DNA of 13,526 nucleotides, taken from assembly GCA_950072105.1 (NCBI GenBank), contig CATMOE010000079.1, positions 1-13,526 on the forward strand. The letters are read 5' to 3'. Each line of letters begins with the position of its first letter. The first letter of the stretch is position 1. Positions 8,219-13,526 of this stretch are shown here, piece by piece. The notes beneath the pieces were generated by a model. It had not been told where the DNA came from. It made no database searches and saw only the letters and a program-made list of their open reading frames with translations. The translations under genes and the position numbers were made by a program. The DNA is from an uncultured Dehalococcoidia bacterium (GTDB lineage: Bacteria > Chloroflexota > Dehalococcoidia > Lucifugimonadales > UBA3495).

Positions 8219-8256
8219 CCAGAAGGGACCCAGGAAGCTTCCTGGGTCCCTTCTGG
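8219..8256. terminator. Perfect 38-bp palindrome, probable terminator of the second pilin-like gene
   Basis: CCAGAAGGGACCCAGGAAG|CTTCCTGGGTCCCTTCTGG, about 85 nt downstream of the stop at 8341 and followed by TTT on the minus strand. Confidence 0.65.
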
Positions 8257-8340
8257 CGTATTTTGGCCGGTCAAAACGTAGACGGTAGCACACCTAGACT
8301 TGATACCGATGGAATACCGTCTTTCCGTAGTCGTACCACC

Positions 8341-8994
8341 TTAGTTTGTGTTAACTAGCACCCCCTGGCTGCCCGGCACAGCGCTGAAGAAATTGCTGGT
8401 GCCAACCACTGGGGAGATAGTGGTGTGCTCTTCGGCAGCCCAGCGATATACCGCGTTGGTAGTGGGTTCCGAAAGTATCGTCTCCGGGGTGATAGAGGGT
8501 GATACCGTCACTGAATATCCCGTGGACGTGTCCAAAGACCTGAATGCCTCCAGCAGGCCTTCGCCTTCAGCAGCCACGTCGCCCGTGCCGCTTGTTGAAG
8601 AGAGTTCAGTGGTGGCCGCCAATAGTATATCGGCCGAGTTGAAGAGGGTGATCAACCAGGTCTCGGTTGCCTCGTTAGCGTCGGCGTCACTTCCTCGGGA
8701 TAGTGTAAAGGTCAAACTCCCCGAACTGTCGCTGGTCGGAGGAACGACGCTGATCGCGTGGAAGCGGGTCGCCTCACCCGACGGCTTAAGGTCAAAGCCC
8801 GGGTTGCCCGTTTCGAATGACGGATCCTTAGTACCGGAGCCTGTGATGTAATCGTTATAATCCACGACCAACACCCATTCGTTGGACTCGGCTGTGGTCA
8901 CGATCACTCCGCCGAAGACGACTTTCTGGCCTGGATCAACTGCGTTGTCCGTGTCCAGGGTGACCGTCAGTGTCCCAACCAATGTGTTCGCCAA
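8341..8994 (-). CDS. C-terminal half of pilin-like protein 2 (continues 8936..9568 in the +1 frame)
   Basis: Aligns with the C-terminal half of the 11897..13099 protein (VGTLTVTLDTDNAVDPG vs VGKLDVFFDVDNPWKPG; NEATETWLITLF vs NESRETWVLKIF; AVYRWAAEEHTTI vs AVYRWISEEHSTI). No convincing RBS at TTG 8994. Confidence 0.8.
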   Translation of the reverse strand: MANTLVGTLTVTLDTDNAVDPGQKVVFGGVIVTTAESNEWVLVVDYNDYITGSGTKDPSFETGNPGFDLKPSGEATRFHAISVVPPTSDSSGSLTFTLSRGSDADANEATETWLITLFNSADILLAATTELSSTSGTGDVAAEGEGLLEAFRSLDTSTGYSVTVSPSITPETILSEPTTNAVYRWAAEEHTTISPVVGTSNFFSAVPGSQGVLVNTN

Positions 8995-9568
8995 AGCCCG
9001 CCCGCCCCCGGATGGTATATCCGTTGGGGACCTTGATCTCTAGGATCTTGGGCGCCGCCTCATTCTTGCCCATCTCCAACTCGAACACATAGTCGGGGTT
9101 GGACGACGGGGTGGCTTGTCTTATGTCCAGCCGGTTGTTGGACGGCTTGATCAGCGGCGAACCGTCCTGGGCAAAGAATACGTTGCCCGAGTTTTCGTCT
9201 AGCCGCCAGCTCACCAGGGCCGACGAGTCCGGCAACGACGTGAGGAAGTCTGGGACGAATGTCTTGTTAGGGTCTTGGGGCAATCCCTGCTTAAAGTCAA
9301 TCTCTTTTATCCCATCGACAGCAAGCGATGATTGGGCGGCTGTCACGTCTTCCACCGGATAGGCTTCGGGGAAGGAGTCCAGGAAGAAGGCGTTGGCCGC
9401 CTTCCGAATGCCGTCCCGGTCACCGTCCAGCCGAGTCGACTGGCTCCGGGACCCCAATCCTACCACCGTGCCGGCCACCAGACCGGCCAGAATCCCTAGA
9501 ATGGCCATGACGGCCAACAACTCCACCAGTGTGAAACCCTTCTGCGATCTATCTCTGCCTAGTACCAT
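8936..9568 (-). CDS. Type IV prepilin-like protein 2, N-terminal half (frameshifted near 9010; about 408 aa if joined, 8341..9568)
   Basis: Class III signal peptide RSQKG|FTLVELLAVMAILGILAGLV and a GGAGG RBS. Similarity to paralog 1 ends at VPNGYTI and resumes in the +1 frame. Confidence 0.85.
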   Translation of the reverse strand: MVLGRDRSQKGFTLVELLAVMAILGILAGLVAGTVVGLGSRSQSTRLDGDRDGIRKAANAFFLDSFPEAYPVEDVTAAQSSLAVDGIKEIDFKQGLPQDPNKTFVPDFLTSLPDSSALVSWRLDENSGNVFFAQDGSPLIKPSNNRLDIRQATPSSNPDYVFELEMGKNEAAPKILEIKVPNGYTIRGRAGFGEHIGWDTDGHPGHGQRS

Positions 9569-9627
9569 GATAAGCCCTCCGTTTCTTAAGCCTCGTCTTC
9601 ATCCTGGCCGCGATGGCCCGCTTTAGC

Positions 9628-9656
9628 ATCACCCTCATGGGTGCATACTTGGATGA
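9628..9656. promoter_or_regulatory. Conserved palindromic motif upstream of pilin 2 (candidate operator)
   Basis: ATCACCCTCATGGGTG-N8-GATGA; a near-identical copy lies at 13166-13194 upstream of pilin 1. Confidence 0.6.
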
Positions 9657-10296
9657 TCAAGTTGTTAACCGCTCTCCAGCCTTGAAATCATCGTGAATTC
9701 GATTGCTCGGCCCATGTTGAGAGCTGATTTCCGGCCGGTTGGTTCGAATCCAGACCGGTGATATGAGAATACAAACTCCAAGGGAGAGGGAATAGACAGC
9801 CATCCCGCATAACATTGGGGGTTGCCACGCAAAATGTTTGTGGGTTCTTCCCTTGCCCCGTCGCCAGGGCGCCTTCCGCCGTGCCTCCAACTCGGGCAAT
9901 GGGTTTCCCACTAGAAAGGGTGGCCTATTCGTGACTGCAATGGGCCTAGGCCGGTCAAAACTTACCAGAGAGGGGATGATGATGGCCGCGCCCACGACTC
10001 CGGGCTGGTGGGTCTGTCTGGTTTCGAAAACAACGCTCGGCTCACCCACTACTGATCTGTACGCCTAGATCGGACTGAGGGGCACTTTGACGTTGTGGCT
10101 CTGGTGGGCCGTGAAGGTCAGGGTTTGGCGCCGTATCGGCCACGGATGTGATTTATCTTGCCGTCGGACCGGTCCAACCTGGCTGCGACGTCTTGATGTC
10201 AATGGCCCCAGCGAACCTCCCGGTGACCGGAGCATTACGCGGTCCCTTGATTCTGTCCGGTGGCGCCTGATGGCCGGTGGGAAATGATCTATTAAT

Positions 10297-10327
10297 AAAA
10301 AAGCGCCCCGGATTTCACCGGGGCGCT
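10297..10327 (-). terminator. Rho-independent terminator downstream of the pilin 1/NHL gene
   Basis: Minus strand AGCGCCCCGG-TGAAAT-CCGGGGCGCT followed by TTTTTATT. Confidence 0.85.
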
Positions 10328-10473
10328 CCTGAATCAAATGACCGGCCTATTGCTTTTTCCATCCTTACCGGCCAGCTAAGGGCTATTGCACTCTGGTCGC
10401 CCGTTGTGGGCCGCCCGAGAGATTCAGGCTTTCAGGCGGCGTAACATCTTCGAACCAGTAAAACCTAGCCAAA

Positions 10474-12000
10474 CTACTCACCCGAGGAGAACTTCTGGAT
10501 ACGGTCGTTCTTGGTATCGGCAACGTACACATTGCCCGCTCCGTCCACCGCCACGCCCTGTGGGGTATTGAACTCCCCATCGCCGGTTCCAAATATGCCC
10601 CACTCGGCCAGGAAGACCCCCGCGGATGTGAATTTCTGGATGCGGTCGTTGCCTCTGTCGGCTACATAGACGTTTCCTGCTGAGTCTACGGCCACACCGG
10701 ATGGGAGCCGGAATTGTCCCGGATCTGCCCCGGAGATGCCCCCAATAATCAGTACGAGTGCCCCAGAAGAGGTAAACTTTTGGACGATGTCGTCGTCTCT
10801 GTTAGCTACATAGATTGAGCCGTCCGACGCCGCGGCTATATCGTATGCCACATCACTGACCCACTTGGTTATGAAGCTACCTGAAGAGTCGAACTTCTGG
10901 ATACGATCGTTGTTTGTGTCGGCTACGTACACGTTGCCCGCTCCATCCACCGCTACGCCCTGTGGGTTGTTGAACTGACCATCTCCGCTTCCAAATGTTC
11001 CCCACATCGTTACAAAGGCGCCAGCGGAGGTAAATTTTTGTATACGGTTATTTCCCTTGTCCGCCACGTATATGTTGCCTGCGGAGTCAATGTCCGCATG
11101 CTCGGGCCTGAAGAACTGTCCTGGGCCGGTGCCCTCGCTACCCCAACCCATCACGAAGTTCCCGGATGAGTCGAACTTCTGGATGCGGTGGTTGCTTCTG
11201 TCCACCACGTACACGTTGCCTGAGTTGTCCACAACTACCTCACGCGGAGAGTCGAATTGCCCAAAGGCGGAGCCTGAGGTACCCCACTTAAGAAGGAAGG
11301 TGCCCGCGGGTTGTGCGGCTTGCACTTCCATGGCTACCGATACCGTCTCGCTTCCGCCGTTCGATGCCACAGTTATGGTGGCGCTGTAGTTCGCGGCAGC
11401 TAGGCTGCTCCGGTTCGCCGTGACCGTGATCGTGTCCGTCTCAGACGTGGTGGATCCGCTAGTGGGAGCCGTCCCTAAGAATCCTACGCTGTCGTTGTCG
11501 GAGATCGTCCAAGTGAGGCTGCCCCCGCCTGTGTTGGTTATGTCAAAGGTCAAGTTGATCAGACCGGTCCCGAAGTCCAGCGCCGACGTTGAGACTGCCA
11601 GAGCCGGTGCGGCTAGCGCCTCAGTCGTGAATATGCTGGTGAAAGGCGTTAATGTGTTTAGCGCCAAATCGGTGATACCACTGGTCAACGTCACCGTGTA
11701 GGTGGTGCCATTCGCCAGGCCTACCGACGGATTGAATGTCGCGCTCAGGCCATTCCCGGCAACGGTGACCAATCCCGCTACGGGGTTGGTGAGGTTGTCT
11801 TCGATCTTGAACGTGGTTGCATTAACCGTCGACGCAGTTACTTTTTCGGAGAATGTTGCCACGATATTTATGCCCACCGCCACGCCGGTGGCGCTATTAT
11901 TCGGGGATATCGTACCCATTATCGGCCCTGTGATGTCCGGTACCGGGGTTGACGTTGGGATTGGGGTTGGGGAGGCTATGGGGTCTCCCTTGATCAACAA
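10474..12000 (-). CDS. Pro/Thr linker + Ig-like (Big_5/SbsA type) + BACON/ASH-like + six-bladed NHL beta-propeller; C-terminal extension of pilin 1 in the +1 frame
   Basis: PTPIPTSTPVP linker; SPNNSATGV...IVATFSE...LANGTTYTVTLTSGITDLA (Big_5-like); LAVSTSALDFG...ITNTGGGSLTWTIS (BACON-like); six repeats of F..P.GVAVD..GNVYVAD..N.RIQKF. It has no signal peptide or RBS of its own and overlaps the upstream ORF by 104 nt. Confidence 0.85.
   Translation of the reverse strand: MLIKGDPIASPTPIPTSTPVPDITGPIMGTISPNNSATGVAVGINIVATFSEKVTASTVNATTFKIEDNLTNPVAGLVTVAGNGLSATFNPSVGLANGTTYTVTLTSGITDLALNTLTPFTSIFTTEALAAPALAVSTSALDFGTGLINLTFDITNTGGGSLTWTISDNDSVGFLGTAPTSGSTTSETDTITVTANRSSLAAANYSATITVASNGGSETVSVAMEVQAAQPAGTFLLKWGTSGSAFGQFDSPREVVVDNSGNVYVVDRSNHRIQKFDSSGNFVMGWGSEGTGPGQFFRPEHADIDSAGNIYVADKGNNRIQKFTSAGAFVTMWGTFGSGDGQFNNPQGVAVDGAGNVYVADTNNDRIQKFDSSGSFITKWVSDVAYDIAAASDGSIYVANRDDDIVQKFTSSGALVLIIGGISGADPGQFRLPSGVAVDSAGNVYVADRGNDRIQKFTSAGVFLAEWGIFGTGDGEFNTPQGVAVDGAGNVYVADTKNDRIQKFSSGE
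10489..10976. repeat. DNA-level direct repeat within the NHL propeller (10489-10574 vs 10891-10976)
   Basis: Two 86-nt segments identical at 76/86 positions by manual count, encoding blades 6 and 3 (FNTPQGVAVDGAGNVYVADTKNDRIQKF / FNNPQGVAVDGAGNVYVADTNNDRIQKF). Confidence 0.85.
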
Positions 12001-13099
12001 CGCCTGGCCGGCCCGCCACCTGCTCGAACACGTCCTTTACCTGGATGGTGGAGTGTTCCTCGCTGATCCAACGGTATACCGCAGCCTGGTTGGGATTGGT
12101 AATCAACGGGTCGTTAAGATTGTTTTCGTCGGGATGGCTGAAAATCTTCAAAACCCAGGTCTCCCTGGATTCGTTGTGCTCCACTAGCGAGCCCTGGGAC
12201 CGGTCGATCTCCAAGTTTATGGTGCCCGGAGTATCAGTGGTGGCCGGGGAGATTTCCAGTTTGTGGGTCAGCGTTGGACCCGGGTTTCGGGTAATGCCGT
12301 CTGCTTGGAGTGCCCCTTTTACGGTGCCCACAACGTTGCCGTCGGCTTCGCTTACGGCCGTGGCATAGTTGGGTGAAACCTCCCACTTGTTGGCTCGTCC
12401 CGTCGCCAGGACCGGGGCGGAAACTTTCAATATATGACCCGGTTTCCAGGGATTGTCAACGTCAAAAAAGACATCCAGCTTGCCCACTTCAGCACCGGTG
12501 GGCAGAGATTGTCCCCCGATGATGTATCCGGCGGGTATCTGGGTCTTCAAAAGCTCCACCGCCGCCCGGTTTTTGCTCATGATTAGACTAAAGGTTATGG
12601 TGGATGTGGCGCCGGTTTCTGTGTCGTCGGCGGCTACGTTCAGCCTGCTGTTGGACGGAAGAATTAAGGGAGCGCCATCGGCAGCGGGGAAGACGTCACC
12701 AGTGGTGGTGACCACCCGGTAACTCACCAGGGCAGCCGAGTTGGGGATATCTTTAATATAGTCCGGAGCGAAGGTCTTGGTGGGATCCTGGGGCAATCTG
12801 GCATCGAAGTCGATGAGCCTGACGTTCACGTCGCCGGCAGGCAGATGAGGGGAATCCAGACCATCCAGTTCTCCATCGTTATTGGTGTCGGGGTTAACGA
12901 CCGGGTAGGTTTGGGGGAAGGAGTCATCATAGAACCGGTCGGCGGCCGTTGCCAAGTTTCTTGTGTCGCTCTGGATCTGAGCGTTCTGTCCGCTGGCGCC
13001 TAAGCCGGAGATGGACCCGGCGACCACTCCGGCAAGAATGCCGATGATGGCCATTACAGCCAACAGCTCAACCAGAGTGAAACCTCTTTCGCTCCGCAT
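11897..13099 (-). CDS. Type IV prepilin-like protein 1 (large pilin core; about 874 aa if joined to 10474..12000)
   Basis: Class III signal peptide MRSERG|FTLVELLAVMAIIGILAGVV. Paralogous to 8341..9568 along its length (e.g. LPQDPTKTFAPDYIKDIPNSAALVSYR vs LPQDPNKTFVPDFLTSLPDSSALVSWR). The start could alternatively be ATG 13132. Confidence 0.85.
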   Translation of the reverse strand: MRSERGFTLVELLAVMAIIGILAGVVAGSISGLGASGQNAQIQSDTRNLATAADRFYDDSFPQTYPVVNPDTNNDGELDGLDSPHLPAGDVNVRLIDFDARLPQDPTKTFAPDYIKDIPNSAALVSYRVVTTTGDVFPAADGAPLILPSNSRLNVAADDTETGATSTITFSLIMSKNRAAVELLKTQIPAGYIIGGQSLPTGAEVGKLDVFFDVDNPWKPGHILKVSAPVLATGRANKWEVSPNYATAVSEADGNVVGTVKGALQADGITRNPGPTLTHKLEISPATTDTPGTINLEIDRSQGSLVEHNESRETWVLKIFSHPDENNLNDPLITNPNQAAVYRWISEEHSTIQVKDVFEQVAGRPGVVDQGRPHSLPNPNPNVNPGTGHHRADNGYDIPE

Positions 13100-13159
13100 C
13101 AAATTATCTCTTGGGCTCGTATAACTGGACATGTAGTTACAATAGTCTCAATCACGCCT

Positions 13160-13194
13160 ATAGGAATCACCCTCAAGGGTGGTTCCTATGATGA
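13160..13194. promoter_or_regulatory. Conserved palindromic motif upstream of pilin 1 (candidate operator)
   Basis: ATAGGAATCACCC-TCAA-GGGTGGTTCCTAT (13-bp arms, 1 mismatch) followed by GATGA; the core is shared with 9628-9656. Confidence 0.6.
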
Positions 13195-13397
13195 AAAATT
13201 GGCTAACCCAAATAAATCCACCGGGCCCGGGAAATGGCTACGCCGGGGGTAATCCTTCGATTGGTACCGTGGAACTCTAGAGGGGAATTTAAACGTCTTG
13301 GAGAATTTCGCCCGGGGTTAGGCGTGGGACGTTGGACAGAGAGTATCGGAATTTACTGAAACCATCCGGGAAATCGGACATTTAAAGGGACCGCGGT

Positions 13398-13420
13398 AAA
13401 AACGGCTCGGGGCGGAGCCG
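13398..13420 (-). terminator. glmS intrinsic terminator
   Basis: Minus strand CGGCTC-CGCCCC-GAGCCG-TTTTT, 16 nt after the glmS stop. Confidence 0.75.
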
Positions 13421-13436
13421 GCGCCCGGATACCAGG

Positions 13437-13526
13437 CTATTCAACCGTGACGGACTTGGCTAAGTTCCGGGGCTGATCCACGTCGCAGCCTCGCAGCACC
13501 GCGATGTGGTAAGCCAGCAATTGCAG
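13437..13526 (-). CDS. glmS: Glutamine--fructose-6-phosphate aminotransferase, C-terminal end (partial; not in the ORF track)
   Basis: Minus strand translates LQLLAYHIAVLRGCDVDQPRNLAKSVTVE*, the highly conserved GlmS C-terminus. Confidence 0.97.
   Translation of the reverse strand: MQLLAYHIAVLRGCDVDQPRNLAKSVTVE

Noticed and set aside
9688..9761. tRNA gene suggested by GGTTCGAATCC T-loop and a partial acceptor-like pairing (TCATCG/CGGTGA)
   Set aside because: No D-arm or anticodon stem can be formed, the T-stem and acceptor are mismatched, and there is no CCA; kept only as a hairpin note.
10181..10191. 11-bp inverted match to 13480-13490 (GGCTGCGACGT) suggesting a glmS 3' duplication
   Set aside because: The partner lies in constrained glmS coding sequence, similarity does not extend convincingly, and 11-mers are expected by chance.
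9657..10592. ORFs 9657..10049, 9838..10068, 10065..10337, 10087..10287, 10383..10592 and 10386..10571 as real genes
   Set aside because: No RBS or recognisable domains, they overlap each other on both strands, and one spans a terminator.
10489..10976. Diversity-generating retroelement TR/VR pair
   Set aside because: Both copies are in-frame NHL blades, mismatches are not adenine-specific and are mostly synonymous, and there is no reverse transcriptase in the window.
11897..11990. PNPNPNVNP repeat as a functional tail or a CRISPR-like repeat
   Set aside because: It is the alternative-frame reading of the PTPIPTSTP linker; no spaced repeat array exists in the window.
13375..13436. Intact Tn7 end at attTn7
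   Set aside because: No TGT terminus at the expected ~25 bp from the glmS stop, the terminator is intact, no repeated TnsB sites are present, and the flanks of the TGTCCG/CGGACA pair (GATTC vs TTTAA) are not a target duplication.

Overview
GC-rich bacterial window; gene content suggests Chloroflexota (Dehalococcoidia/SAR202-like), which is an inference. Reading the minus strand from the right: the 3' end of glmS with its terminator, then a ~5 kb block of two paralogous, unusually large type IV prepilin-like genes. Each is split by an apparent +1 frameshift and preceded by the same palindromic motif, and the first continues into a Pro/Thr linker, Ig-like, BACON-like and NHL beta-propeller module. 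Next come a TreT-like GT4 glycosyltransferase, a cluster of phosphonoacetate hydrolase-like gene, thrB, lysC and a GT2 glycosyltransferase, and a TPR/HIRAN-like protein with an acidic tail. On the plus strand at far left, a beta-helix-repeat gene appears 5'-truncated by the right end of an IS3-family element. The best lead is the pilin pair: the first frameshift falls where the shorter paralog ends, which could yield short and adhesin-extended pilin isoforms, but sequencing error cannot be excluded from sequence alone.
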